Below, in pieces: positions 10,788 to 21,049 of a DNA stretch of 64,000 nt (position 1 is the first letter of the stretch; each line of letters opens with the position of its first letter). The notes under the pieces were generated by a model that had not been told where the DNA came from, did not search any database, and saw only the letters and a program-made list of their open reading frames with translations. A program made the position numbers and the translations under genes. The DNA is from an uncultured Bacillales bacterium (GTDB lineage: Bacteria > Bacillota_I > Bacilli_A > RF39 > UBA660), in the NCBI GenBank assembly GCA_946536225.1, contig CAMNEE010000003.1:25533-89532 (forward strand). The letters run 5' to 3'.

Positions 10788-12529
10788 ATTCTATCAGGAA
10801 CTTCAATTCCTAGAATATCAAGCAAGAATAAATTAGTTTTAAGAACAACCGAACTTAATACTAACCATGATTCTTGTTGTTTTTTATCTTCTTCACTAAC
10901 AATATAATGATCTGCATAGAAAGTATTATAAAGATTAGTTAATTTAAATAAATATTCACATATTTCATTTAATAATTTTTCACTTATGCCTTTCTTTAAA
11001 GTATTAGATAATTCTATTAAATGAAGTATCATATCTCTTTCTATAGATGATCCAATATTATTATATGTTTTATATTCTACTCCTTCAACCTTTTGGAAAA
11101 TAGATTTAATACGAACTGTATTATATAAAAGATAAGGACCAGTTTTACCATTTAAATCACTGAATTTAACTGGATCAAATGTATAATCAGTTGTTCTATT
11201 AGGTAAAAGATCAGCAAACTTAATAGCAGCAACAGCTATTATTCTAGCAGTATCTTCTTTCTTTTCTGCAGGTATAGAATCACTTAACTTTTTATAACAC
11301 TCATCATAAACAAGTTTGTAAAGAGCATTTAAACTCATTACTCCACCATCTCTTGTTTTAAATGGTTTACCATCAGGTCCATTCATTGTACCAAATGGTA
11401 AATGAGTTAATTTTATATCATCAGGAACTATCTTAGTCTTTTTAGCAGCACGGAAACATTCAACAAAGTGAAGAGATTGTCTTGAATCAGTTAAATACCA
11501 AATATCATTAAATTTAAATCTCTTAATTCTTGAATAAAGTGTTGCAAGTTCAGTAGTATCATAAAGAACTCCACCATTACTCTTCTTAATCATAAATGGA
11601 GGTATTTCAATCTTATCATCAGGTTCATTTACAAATATAACTTCTGCACCCTCAGATATTTCTGTATAATTATTTTTTTCAAGATAATCTATTAACTCAG
11701 GAATATAATCATCTGCATCTGCTTCTCCTTCCCAAAGGTCAAATGAAGTATTTAGAAGTTCATAAGCTTTCTTAATATCTTCTTCTACAGATGTATGAAC
11801 TACATGTTTCCAAAGAGCATAGATACCCCTTTCTCTATTTTGTAGTCTTAAAGTCATCTCACGAGCTTCTTCTAAGTACTCAGGATCTTCCTTAGATCTA
11901 TTAGAAGCAAATGGATAAATTTCCGATAAATCTTCAGCAGTAACTGGAGATTCAGTTGGGTATTCTCCAGTATAATCTTTATCAAAATATACTAAATCTG
12001 GTTGACGCTTTTCAATTTCAAGCATTACAAGACCCATAGGTCTTCCCCAGTCTCCTAAATGTACATCACTTATAGTTTTAAACTTACATGCATTTAATAA
12101 TCTTTTTAATGCTTCACCAATATTAGCACTTCTTAAGTGACCTACATGTAGTTGTTTAGCTACATTAGCACCACCATAATCTAAAAATATAGTAGTATCA
12201 TTTTCATCTTTATAAATATTCTTTTCAAAATCATTATTTATTTCATTAATGTAATCAATTAATACTTCATCCTTAAAAGATATATTTATAAATCCAGGAC
12301 CAGCAATATTAATATTAGTATAATCATCAAATTTAGATAATTCTGCAACTATTTTTTCAGCAAGTTCCCTTGGATTAATCCTGTTGATACCAGCAAGCTT
12401 CATTACACCATTATATTGGTAATCACCTAATTCAGGTCTAGAAGACTTAACCACGCTTACTTCATCATCATAACCCAATTGTTTCAAAACAGTTTGAATA
12501 TTATTATTTAACTTGTCTATTAAATACAT
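10784..12529 (-). CDS. argS: Arginine--tRNA ligase
   Basis: Class I HIGH motif 'HVGHLRSANIGEAL', 581 aa, overall ArgS organisation. Confidence 0.8.
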   Translation of the reverse strand: MYLIDKLNNNIQTVLKQLGYDDEVSVVKSSRPELGDYQYNGVMKLAGINRINPRELAEKIVAELSKFDDYTNINIAGPGFINISFKDEVLIDYINEINNDFEKNIYKDENDTTIFLDYGGANVAKQLHVGHLRSANIGEALKRLLNACKFKTISDVHLGDWGRPMGLVMLEIEKRQPDLVYFDKDYTGEYPTESPVTAEDLSEIYPFASNRSKEDPEYLEEAREMTLRLQNRERGIYALWKHVVHTSVEEDIKKAYELLNTSFDLWEGEADADDYIPELIDYLEKNNYTEISEGAEVIFVNEPDDKIEIPPFMIKKSNGGVLYDTTELATLYSRIKRFKFNDIWYLTDSRQSLHFVECFRAAKKTKIVPDDIKLTHLPFGTMNGPDGKPFKTRDGGVMSLNALYKLVYDECYKKLSDSIPAEKKEDTARIIAVAAIKFADLLPNRTTDYTFDPVKFSDLNGKTGPYLLYNTVRIKSIFQKVEGVEYKTYNNIGSSIERDMILHLIELSNTLKKGISEKLLNEICEYLFKLTNLYNTFYADHYIVSEEDKKQQESWLVLSSVVLKTNLFLLDILGIEVPDRM

Positions 12530-12631
12530 AAATACTCCTTCTTTCTATAAAATATTAATTAATTCAAAGCACTTAATAAAGGTTGAATTATTTCAGTATA
12601 ATAACACAAATTTCTTTATAATGGTACCCCA

Positions 12632-13669
12632 TTATTTCTTACCAATAAACAAATGTTTAAAAGTAGATAATATTAATTCTTTAGAAGCACTATCTAACTC
12701 TTTATAACTATTAAGAAGCTTTCTTAAATCAGCAAGCTTAATTTTAGTTAAATGATATGTATGAGTAATATTATTAGCTTTAAAGAACTCATCCAAAATA
12801 CTTATAGCCTTATCTAACTGTGGTCTACTTAAAGAGTTAATATTTTCTTCCATCTTATCTTTAAAATCTAAAGTTTTACTAGATACATCACATCTTAAAA
12901 AGAAACTACCATACGTATGCCAATTAACAATATAATGTTTATAAAAACCAACACCATTTGCTTGTACGTATCTATATTTATCATTATTCAAAATAACACC
13001 AATCATACTACCATCAGGTAAGAATGTAGTTGTTTTCTTACTTACCTCTAAAAACCTTTCAGTTTCGTACTCATCATTTCTAAATCCAGGTCCATCGAAG
13101 TTATATATTTTTCTTATTCTTTTAAAGATATGATCATCTGCAAGATAAGCAGAACTAAGTGCAAGATTACCACCCTTTGAGTGTCCTCCTATATAGATAT
13201 TCCTATCCCCTTTTTTTATAGTATCTCTTAAGTAGTTTATTCCATAGCTTTGAGTTAAAGTAGGAAAAGTAGTTATTAGTTTCAAATTTTCCAACCAACC
13301 CATGATAGAAGTATTAGTACCTTCATATATAACAAGAGTATTACTTCCATATCTTAATGTATAAGCACCAAATTGTAACTTATCATCATCTATTTTTACA
13401 AAGTCATATACTTTAATATCTTTATATCTTTTTACACTTCTTACAGCATCCATTAGTTCTAAGGCCATAGGTGTCATAGCACCTTCAAAACTACTTGCAT
13501 CAAAACTTTTAACAATTTCACCAAATTTTTCAATTGTAATTCCATTTTGAATATTTACATATGGTAAATATACAAGCATAGAAAAAATAGCCATATCAAG
13601 TTCATTAAGTTTAACTTTTGAGAAACTAAGGTTACCATAATACTTTAAGTATTCAAAGTAGTTTTGCAT
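12632..13669 (-). CDS. Alpha/beta-hydrolase (lipase-like, DUF2974/class-3-lipase-like) with a helical C-terminal extension of about 100 aa
   Basis: Nucleophile elbow 'GGHSKGGNLA'. C-terminal about 100 aa predicted helical. Last gene of the T7SS-like gene string. Confidence 0.5.
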   Translation of the reverse strand: MQNYFEYLKYYGNLSFSKVKLNELDMAIFSMLVYLPYVNIQNGITIEKFGEIVKSFDASSFEGAMTPMALELMDAVRSVKRYKDIKVYDFVKIDDDKLQFGAYTLRYGSNTLVIYEGTNTSIMGWLENLKLITTFPTLTQSYGINYLRDTIKKGDRNIYIGGHSKGGNLALSSAYLADDHIFKRIRKIYNFDGPGFRNDEYETERFLEVSKKTTTFLPDGSMIGVILNNDKYRYVQANGVGFYKHYIVNWHTYGSFFLRCDVSSKTLDFKDKMEENINSLSRPQLDKAISILDEFFKANNITHTYHLTKIKLADLRKLLNSYKELDSASKELILSTFKHLFIGKK

Positions 13670-13732
13670 ATATAATCACCTACTATAATGTTAACAAAAA
13701 AAAACAAGAGTATAAATAACTCTTGTCATATT

Positions 13733-14029
13733 TTACAAGCCATTTCTAGCTTTTAATGATGCTTCTTTTAAACGTCTAATACGTCTAATTTCATTTGAAC
13801 CATGATTTCTGTAATTTAAGTCATTATGATATAATGCATCACTTATCTTTCTAAGTGTACGAATCATATCCTGAATATCTTCTTTAAGTGCTCTAACTTC
13901 GCTTACTCTACTAAATGTGCTAGGGCAATAAAGATTTGTACTTCTAGCTTGTTGAAGAGAATCTCTAGTATCTATAATACTACTTCTAGTCCCATTATAA
14001 ATACCTTCATTAACAATTTTTACTTTCAT
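13733..14029 (-). CDS. Small helical hypothetical protein (T7SS-associated)
   Basis: 98 aa; start overlaps the upstream gene stop by 4 nt (ATGA coupling). Confidence 0.4.
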   Translation of the reverse strand: MKVKIVNEGIYNGTRSSIIDTRDSLQQARSTNLYCPSTFSRVSEVRALKEDIQDMIRTLRKISDALYHNDLNYRNHGSNEIRRIRRLKEASLKARNGL

Positions 14030-14325
14030 ATGTTATCGTATTCCCTTTCATTTTTATTAGCAAGGTCTTCTAAAGAATCAGCATAATCAACTAATTCATC
14101 ACCAATTGCTCTTAAGCCTTCTCCAAATTTAACATAATCTCTTTTTTCATATGAAACACGGTCTCTATATTTAGGATATTGTTTACCTTTCCAAACACCG
14201 TTTATATCAAGAGTAGTTAATATCTCAAAGAATTTATCAATTGACTTATTATAATCATTTGCAAAATCAATGAATTTTTTTCCTTCATCTCTTAGCATTT
14301 GTGTATCACATTCAAAATCAGCCAT
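14026..14325 (-). CDS. WXG100-like small protein (candidate T7SS substrate)
   Basis: 99 aa, central 'GVWKGKQ' W-x-G motif; context. Confidence 0.4.
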   Translation of the reverse strand: MADFECDTQMLRDEGKKFIDFANDYNKSIDKFFEILTTLDINGVWKGKQYPKYRDRVSYEKRDYVKFGEGLRAIGDELVDYADSLEDLANKNEREYDNI

Positions 14326-14358
14326 CTACATCATCCTTTACTATTTGAAAAAAACGTC

Positions 14359-14730
14359 TTAGCGCATGCTTTGACGTCTTAATCTTTCCATTCTTTCTAA
14401 TCGTTCTTGTTCTCTAGCTTGACGTTCCTCTTCTTCTCTTCGTTCGATTTCACGTATCTCAGCTTTATTAGACTCGATTTCACTATCAATAGCAGGTATT
14501 AAACTAGATAAAATATTATCTCTTTTAGCTAAAATCCTTTTAGCTAACTTTTCAGTTTCATAATAACCTGCAACTGAATTATTATTAAGGGTGTAATTCT
14601 TATCTAGGTTAGTCATAATTTTATGTGCGTCATTATTTGCTTTATAAAGTCTTTCCGCAACTACTAATAAATTAGTACGTAATCTTTCTAAATCTCTATT
14701 TTCCGCCATAAGCGATGACTTTGATGCCAT
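14359..14730 (-). CDS. Small coiled-coil protein (T7SS-associated)
   Basis: 123 aa, R/E-rich heptad-like C-terminus. Confidence 0.4.
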   Translation of the reverse strand: MASKSSLMAENRDLERLRTNLLVVAERLYKANNDAHKIMTNLDKNYTLNNNSVAGYYETEKLAKRILAKRDNILSSLIPAIDSEIESNKAEIREIERREEEERQAREQERLERMERLRRQSMR

Positions 14731-14766
14731 AGATTTACCTCCTTATTCTTAATGGTTATTAAACTA

Positions 14767-15234
14767 TTAGTCTACTCTAATAGCGTTAGCTTCTTGTTCA
14801 AGAGCTTGAGAAGCTTCATTAATATTTTGAGCGTTTTGACGATCTCCTTCGTTCATAGCTCCTAATGCTGTTTCAGCATCTTTAATAAAGTTTCTATAAG
14901 TAGTTACATATGCTTCAAGTAATTTTTGAGCATTTGCTAAATATCCGCCTAAAGCAATTTCAGCTTCACCTTTAATTGCATCATCTCTTTTAGCTAATTC
15001 ATTGAATTTTGCTAAGTCTGCAGTTGCATCTGTAATTAATTTTTCAACAGCTACTTTAATGTCACCCCAGTTATTTGCGTTGATACCGATGAAACCACCA
15101 GAATAAATTGAACCAATTTTAGTTACTGCAGCGTCAAATATACCTTGAGTTTGAGCAAAAATACCTTGGATAGTGTTATCCCAAGCACTTTTTAAGCCTG
15201 CTCCTATATTTCCTAATCCAGCTCTAATTCCCAT
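14767..15234 (-). CDS. Gly-rich N-terminus helical protein (candidate T7SS substrate/partner)
   Basis: 155 aa, predicted all-helical, no TM. Confidence 0.4.
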   Translation of the reverse strand: MGIRAGLGNIGAGLKSAWDNTIQGIFAQTQGIFDAAVTKIGSIYSGGFIGINANNWGDIKVAVEKLITDATADLAKFNELAKRDDAIKGEAEIALGGYLANAQKLLEAYVTTYRNFIKDAETALGAMNEGDRQNAQNINEASQALEQEANAIRVD

Positions 15235-15250
15235 ATTAATCTATCTCCTT

Positions 15251-15571
15251 CTACCAGTTTTTAATTTGTTGAGCTAAAGCATCATCATATTCTTCAATGT
15301 TGCTACCAGCGTTATTTAATTGATCTTGAATTTGTTTTCCAGCTTCTTCAAGAGTTTTACACATAGTTTCAGTGTCATCTGTTAATTTTTGTTTAAATGC
15401 CTCAGCAGAAGCACCAACCCATACTGAGTCAACTGTAGTTCTAACATCGTTTGCATCACTTCTTAAAGTAGCGCATGCAGGAACTACACATTGAGTATTT
15501 ACTTCAGTAATAAGAGCTTGCATTCCGTTAACATCATATCCAGAAGTAGCTCCACTAATATTTAATGTCAT
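15251..15571 (-). CDS. WXG100 family protein (EsxA-like)
   Basis: 106 aa; central 'SVWVGASAEAF' WXG motif around position 50; adjacent to essC and yukD. Confidence 0.55.
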   Translation of the reverse strand: MTLNISGATSGYDVNGMQALITEVNTQCVVPACATLRSDANDVRTTVDSVWVGASAEAFKQKLTDDTETMCKTLEEAGKQIQDQLNNAGSNIEEYDDALAQQIKNW

Positions 15572-15582
15572 AAAAATTCCTC

Positions 15583-16026
15583 CTAATTTTCCACATTAAT
15601 TTTCTTGGCTTGTAACTCATGTTCAGCAGCAAGATCATTAAAGTAATTAGCTTCGAAAGATAATAAATCAACCGTGCCGTTCTTAACTTTCATCAAGTCA
15701 GATGTGAAAGTACCAAGGTTATCTCTTAATAATTCAAAGTTTTTTCTATAGCTAGAAAACTTTGCAACAAATTCGTCAGATTGATTACATTTAAAATAAT
15801 CATTCATGTTGTAAAAAATCATATCCATAGAATTTAAATCACTAGTGATATCATCAATAAGATTACCTAAATCATTAACAGTACTATCAATTGAGTTCTC
15901 GTTAATCTCAGCATTTACCGAAGTATCTAATCGCATCAGTATCTTCCTTCCTACATCGTTACTAGCATGAGTAATAGTCTTCCTATACTCTAAAATCATT
16001 ATATAAAAAAAATACCAATATGACAA
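15583..16026 (-). CDS. Small helical protein (T7SS-associated); true start probably internal Met, about 115 aa
   Basis: Located between the yukD-like and WXG100 genes. Confidence 0.35.
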   Translation of the reverse strand: MSYWYFFYIMILEYRKTITHASNDVGRKILMRLDTSVNAEINENSIDSTVNDLGNLIDDITSDLNSMDMIFYNMNDYFKCNQSDEFVAKFSSYRKNFELLRDNLGTFTSDLMKVKNGTVDLLSFEANYFNDLAAEHELQAKKINVEN

Positions 16027-16086
16027 ACTAAAATACGTCCTTTACGTAAAAAAAAGAAACAATTTAAACACTGTTTCTTTTTCGTT

Positions 16087-16341
16087 TTAAAACAATACTA
16101 ATTGTGTTCCATTTTTGATAGTTGTATTTCTTACATACGCACCATTATCGTATATTTCTCCAGTACGTCTATTACATAATCTGAAATTATCTCTTATAGG
16201 AAAATCTCCAAATTCAAGTTCCTTAATTGCTTGATTAAATATTGTTATTACAAAATCTACATGTTTATTAATAGGAACATAGAATTCAAATTTTTCTTCA
16301 ATCTCAGGAACATATAATTCTACTAAAATTTTATAATCCAT
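16087..16341 (-). CDS. YukD/EsaB-like ubiquitin-fold T7SS protein
   Basis: 84 aa, immediately downstream of and 4 nt from essC; '...KNGTQLVLF' C-terminus is typical of YukD. Confidence 0.55.
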   Translation of the reverse strand: MDYKILVELYVPEIEEKFEFYVPINKHVDFVITIFNQAIKELEFGDFPIRDNFRLCNRRTGEIYDNGAYVRNTTIKNGTQLVLF

Positions 16342-16344
16342 ATG

Positions 16345-19300
16345 CTACTCCTTATCCATAACAGACTTAATAAGTGTATACTTACCATCTTCAATAACGA
16401 AAGCTTCACCTTCAAAGTTAAGTTTTCTATCTTCCATATCAACAGTATTAACACCAAATAAATTTTGATTTTCTAAACCATTACCTAACCAAATACCAGA
16501 TGTTAAGTTAATATCTTTAAACCATGGCTCTGGTCTAAGTCTCTTAAGATTTTCATATGAATCAACTAGAATAACACTTGATTTATTAGCACTCTTAAGT
16601 GCTTCAAAGTATTCAAGCAATTTTTCATTACCTGTTTGAGATAAACTAACTTTTGCTCTTCCAATACCATAGATAAATGTTATTCCATGATCTTGTTGAA
16701 TAGTTCTAGTTTTTAAGTCATTTAGTAATGCCATAACTGTAGCATCATACTTATCATTATAGTAATTCATATCAACAGTATTACCAGCATAATTTCCAGT
16801 AAAGTCTAGTATTCTAACCTTTACTCCAGAAACTTTTGCTACTGTATCAACTAAACCGTATATAGATGTTATATTAGTTTGTAAATCATTAGTACATATT
16901 GCCATTAATTTATCTTTAACAATATTAAATGTTTTAATATTTTTTTCGTGGAAATCATAACCAACAGGTAGAGCATCTATAGTAGTTATATAACTTCCAA
17001 GTTCATTAGATGAAATATCATCTGGAATCTTAGGAAGTGATTTAGCTCTAACTTTATAATATGTTGAAAAGTTTTCAGCATTACTTCTAACAAGTTGATT
17101 AATCTTTTCTCTATCAGTAATAAATGCAGTTTGGAATTCACACCATTCTTCATCTTTATTAATAATACAAAGACCACGTCCAAATTCGTTAGCAGGAATT
17201 AACTTCTTAGGAACAGCATCAACAATAGTTCTATATTTAGATTCGTCAGACTGATGTAGAATAATTCTATATTGGAAGTATCCTTGTATCTTAGCTCTTA
17301 CTGCTTGATATCCAGTTGTAGATACCAAGAACGTAATACCAACCTTCGGAGCATCTCTAAACATTTGCTCTATGAATGGAACAATCTTAGGTAAGTTTTC
17401 ACTGAAGATATCAAAAGCACATATAGTAACAACCCATCTAGGTAAGAAATTACCAGATTCTTTAATATAACTATCATAGTTACCATTATAGTCAGCAAAT
17501 AATTCCTTACGTCTATCCATCTCGTCTAGAACCATTTCAAGAAGAGCTGGAATATTTTCAAGATTATCTTGGAACATTACTTCACCTACATGAGGATATT
17601 TAGCAAACATTCTTAGTGTTTCAGCACCATAATCGATAATATAATAATTTACTTCTTCAGGTGTATGCTCAATCATACTTGACCAAATAATCGTGGCAAG
17701 TAGATTTTCTTTACCAGACCCACCTTCACCATAAATAACAACGTTTTCACCTAAATCGATAGATAATAAACCTTGCTCTTGGAAAATTGGTCTATCATAC
17801 ATACCAATACAAGTATTTAAATTATATTTAGTAGGTTTCCAATTATATTTCTTCTTAACATCATCAAGTTTGATATTAGGATCAATATTTGGAAGCCATA
17901 ATTGCTTACCAACAACAGTTTCTTCTTTAGATATATCTGAAATATACTTAACTATATTTAATAATTCTTCACCATTATCTGCTTCTGGTGCTTTTTCACT
18001 AAATGTATTTTCATCATAACTATTAACAACATTACCAAGTGTATCAATATAACTTAAACTTTGATCAACTTTTTTCTTAATAATATCACTTGGATGATAT
18101 TTAGCACCCGACCAAGCAGATTGTCCTAATTGATAAAATTCATTATAACCTACTTGTAAATAGAAGGCACCAGTTGTCTTTAATGCTGCCGCATCACTAG
18201 TTTTAATCATATCTTTTGAATCTGATTGATCTTGAACTCTTAAACATACGTGGAATCTTGAGTTTGACCAAATTTGGTCATTTACAACACCACTTGGTTT
18301 TTGAGTTGCAAGTATTAAGTGAACACCAAGTGAACGACCAATACGTGCAGTTGATATTAATTGATCAAGAAAATCAGGCTCTTGAGATTTTAACTCAGCA
18401 AACTCATCGGAAATTATAAATAAATGAGAAACAGGTTCAGTTAATAAACCTTTCCTATAGTATTTTTGATACTTATAAATATTAATACTAGATTCATGAA
18501 GTTTTTCTCTTGCTTCATTAAATAATCTTTGTCTTCTCTTTAACTCTGCCTCAATTGAAGTAAGTGCTCTATTAATTGCAGACTTATCAAGGTTTGTAAT
18601 AGTACCAGCTAAATGTGGTAACTTAATACCCATTTCAGAGTTTTCAAATGCAAGTGCAAGTCCACCACCTTTGTAGTCGATAAGTACAAATTGAACTTCA
18701 TCTGGGTGGAAATTAACAGCAAGCGAAAGAATATATGTAATAATCCATTCTGATTTACCTGAACCAGTAGTACCAGCTACTAATCCATGTGGACCCCATC
18801 CTTTTTCATGAGCATCCATCATAAATAGTTCACCTTCTTGGTTAACACCAACAGGAACTGATAATGTATTAACAGGATTATTAGTTTTCCATCTTTCAAG
18901 AGAATTTAATTGTTCTACTCTACCTACATTAAACATTTCAAGGAATGAAACTGAACTAGGTAGTTCATACTTAGCTTTTTCCTTTTGCATTGGTACATTA
19001 GCAAGTACTTGAGCACATCCATACATATCAACGCTCTTATTTAATTCAGGAATAAACTCTTTTTGAGAATCTTTTGTTAAATTAGTTTCAAATAAACCTG
19101 ATTTTTCAGGATCAATATTCAAGAATGTAGAACATTGTTCAGGTAAGTTTGATAATCTATTGTTTCTATAAATAATAGATACACCAAAGTTTAAATTAGT
19201 ACTCATTGCTTTTTTAATCAAACTTGAGTTTCTTGCAAGTTCTAAATCATCAACAAATATTAGATAATATGGTTTATGACCTATAAAAGGTTTTTTTGTA

Positions 19301-20925
19301 ATCAATTCATCTGTTTTATCGTTTGATTTACTATCATCTTCATTTGCTTCTGAAATAATTCTAGCTTCTAAATCTTTTTCAATTGTAGAACTAATAGTTG
19401 ATAGTTCTTCAGGACATGTAGCAAAGTATCTAATTGTCTTCAAGTTATCCCATGTATGAGGAGTAACTTTTAAATATTCCCATAAGAATTCATTTTCTTT
19501 GTTTGTAATAACAACAAATTTTAAATCTAAATAACTATGGAAAGTCATTAATTGTAAGAAAATACTATCAATAAAATATTTAGTTAAAACATTATTACCA
19601 ACAACTGCAGAAATACGTTTTTCTGATAAGTTGATGTCCATAGGAGCATCATCTATCCACATAGCATCTTCTTTTAAATCATCTACTTTATCTTTTAAAT
19701 CAAATTCTTCTAATTGGAACTCATCTTTGTTTGGTTCTTCAAGTTCTATTTGAGTCTTAACTCTTCCTGTTCCAATTCTAACAGTTAAGAAGTCATCATC
19801 ACCAATATTCTTGCCCCATAAGTTTCTATTATGGTTATAAATAATGTTTTGACATTCTTCTAACGAAACATTATTTTCAATTAATATTTGTTTTTGTAAA
19901 GACTTAATTTCATCAGCTTTTTTACGTTTACCATCCAAATACTCTAGATATTTTCTTCTAGTTCTTAAATCATTTCTAGTCTTTTGTCTTTTTTGATATC
20001 TTTTAGTCATAACCGGCCAGAAGAATGAAGATAAAAGCATAACTATAACAGTAACAAATGTTGGAAGTAAATCTCTAAAGGATTTAGTACCAGCAGTATA
20101 TCCTTCAATAGCTGTTAAAAGAGTAACACCTGACGTTAATATCATAGTCATTCTAGGACCATATGTTAGTAATGCAGGAGCATTCTCATCTCCTTCATTT
20201 CCACCAGGAGGAGGTGAGATTATTAATTTTTCAGGTTCAATAATACTTCTAAATCTAGGAGATTTATAAAAATAGTCTTCCTTAGAATACATTGGAGTAT
20301 CTTCAAGTATAGTTGGTTGATATGTAATATTAGGTTTAGGAAGTGATACTTCTTTTAAAGAACAAGTAACAAGTCCATTAGGATTATTAACTAAGAAAAT
20401 ATTATTTATAACAATAACTCTTAATCCATATAAGAAGATATAATCACCATGGAATACATTTTTCTTAGTAAACTTCTTATTCATGATGAATGCGCCTGCA
20501 CCACCATTATTTTCAGCTACCCAGTGGTTCTTAACCTTAGTTAATGTAACATGAGTATCTTTAAGTTTATTAAATCTATATTGAATATCCGCATTTCCAT
20601 TACCAATGGTAATTTTTTCTTTATCTGTTTGATAGCACTTAGTAGAACCATCATACATAGGTCCTACTACAACTTCAGTAACTTCATTAGTAATTAATTT
20701 TTTTATTGTGAAATAATCGTAATCTTTTAAAACTTTTTCATTTACTTGTCCATCAGGAAAAGATAGTTCAATATCAGGGTTGCTTTTAACTACCCAAGAA
20801 CCTTGAACAGCCTCAATGTTACACAAAGTTTTCCCATCGAAGTCATTTATTTGATAGATACCCGATATCTTAACAGGTAGTTTTAATTTTCGCATTTTAT
20901 CGTCATGTATTATGAAAACTAACAT
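16345..20925 (-). CDS. essC: Type VII secretion FtsK/SpoIIIE-family ATPase EssC/YukB (FHA-like N-terminus, TM segments, three ATPase domains)
   Basis: 1526 aa. P-loops 'GTTGSGKSE' and 'GEGGSGKEN'. TM pair around residues 250-310. N-terminal FHA-like region. Confidence 0.8.
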   Translation of the reverse strand: MLVFIIHDDKMRKLKLPVKISGIYQINDFDGKTLCNIEAVQGSWVVKSNPDIELSFPDGQVNEKVLKDYDYFTIKKLITNEVTEVVVGPMYDGSTKCYQTDKEKITIGNGNADIQYRFNKLKDTHVTLTKVKNHWVAENNGGAGAFIMNKKFTKKNVFHGDYIFLYGLRVIVINNIFLVNNPNGLVTCSLKEVSLPKPNITYQPTILEDTPMYSKEDYFYKSPRFRSIIEPEKLIISPPPGGNEGDENAPALLTYGPRMTMILTSGVTLLTAIEGYTAGTKSFRDLLPTFVTVIVMLLSSFFWPVMTKRYQKRQKTRNDLRTRRKYLEYLDGKRKKADEIKSLQKQILIENNVSLEECQNIIYNHNRNLWGKNIGDDDFLTVRIGTGRVKTQIELEEPNKDEFQLEEFDLKDKVDDLKEDAMWIDDAPMDINLSEKRISAVVGNNVLTKYFIDSIFLQLMTFHSYLDLKFVVITNKENEFLWEYLKVTPHTWDNLKTIRYFATCPEELSTISSTIEKDLEARIISEANEDDSKSNDKTDELITKKPFIGHKPYYLIFVDDLELARNSSLIKKAMSTNLNFGVSIIYRNNRLSNLPEQCSTFLNIDPEKSGLFETNLTKDSQKEFIPELNKSVDMYGCAQVLANVPMQKEKAKYELPSSVSFLEMFNVGRVEQLNSLERWKTNNPVNTLSVPVGVNQEGELFMMDAHEKGWGPHGLVAGTTGSGKSEWIITYILSLAVNFHPDEVQFVLIDYKGGGLALAFENSEMGIKLPHLAGTITNLDKSAINRALTSIEAELKRRQRLFNEAREKLHESSINIYKYQKYYRKGLLTEPVSHLFIISDEFAELKSQEPDFLDQLISTARIGRSLGVHLILATQKPSGVVNDQIWSNSRFHVCLRVQDQSDSKDMIKTSDAAALKTTGAFYLQVGYNEFYQLGQSAWSGAKYHPSDIIKKKVDQSLSYIDTLGNVVNSYDENTFSEKAPEADNGEELLNIVKYISDISKEETVVGKQLWLPNIDPNIKLDDVKKKYNWKPTKYNLNTCIGMYDRPIFQEQGLLSIDLGENVVIYGEGGSGKENLLATIIWSSMIEHTPEEVNYYIIDYGAETLRMFAKYPHVGEVMFQDNLENIPALLEMVLDEMDRRKELFADYNGNYDSYIKESGNFLPRWVVTICAFDIFSENLPKIVPFIEQMFRDAPKVGITFLVSTTGYQAVRAKIQGYFQYRIILHQSDESKYRTIVDAVPKKLIPANEFGRGLCIINKDEEWCEFQTAFITDREKINQLVRSNAENFSTYYKVRAKSLPKIPDDISSNELGSYITTIDALPVGYDFHEKNIKTFNIVKDKLMAICTNDLQTNITSIYGLVDTVAKVSGVKVRILDFTGNYAGNTVDMNYYNDKYDATVMALLNDLKTRTIQQDHGITFIYGIGRAKVSLSQTGNEKLLEYFEALKSANKSSVILVDSYENLKRLRPEPWFKDINLTSGIWLGNGLENQNLFGVNTVDMEDRKLNFEGEAFVIEDGKYTLIKSVMDKE

Positions 20926-21049
20926 ATTATCAACCCTTTATTATTTTTCATTAAAATTATAACAATAATACCTGTTTTATTCAATCTAATACGAATGTAA
21001 AATTAAACTATTTATATTTAGTTCTTAATTACTAATTGCTATAATAATA

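Noticed and set aside
12513-12707. 64-aa ORF on the plus strand overlapping the argS start and the lipase end
   Set aside because: It overlaps two confident minus-strand genes and the intergenic region; no motif; most likely spurious.
16345-20925. Alternative reading of the 1526-aa ATPase as a conjugative FtsK/TraD-like coupling protein or chromosomal FtsK
   Set aside because: The N-terminal FHA-like domains, the three tandem P-loop domains, the tight linkage to a YukD-like ubiquitin-fold gene and the WXG100 genes all fit EssC far better. No relaxase or T4SS genes are nearby.
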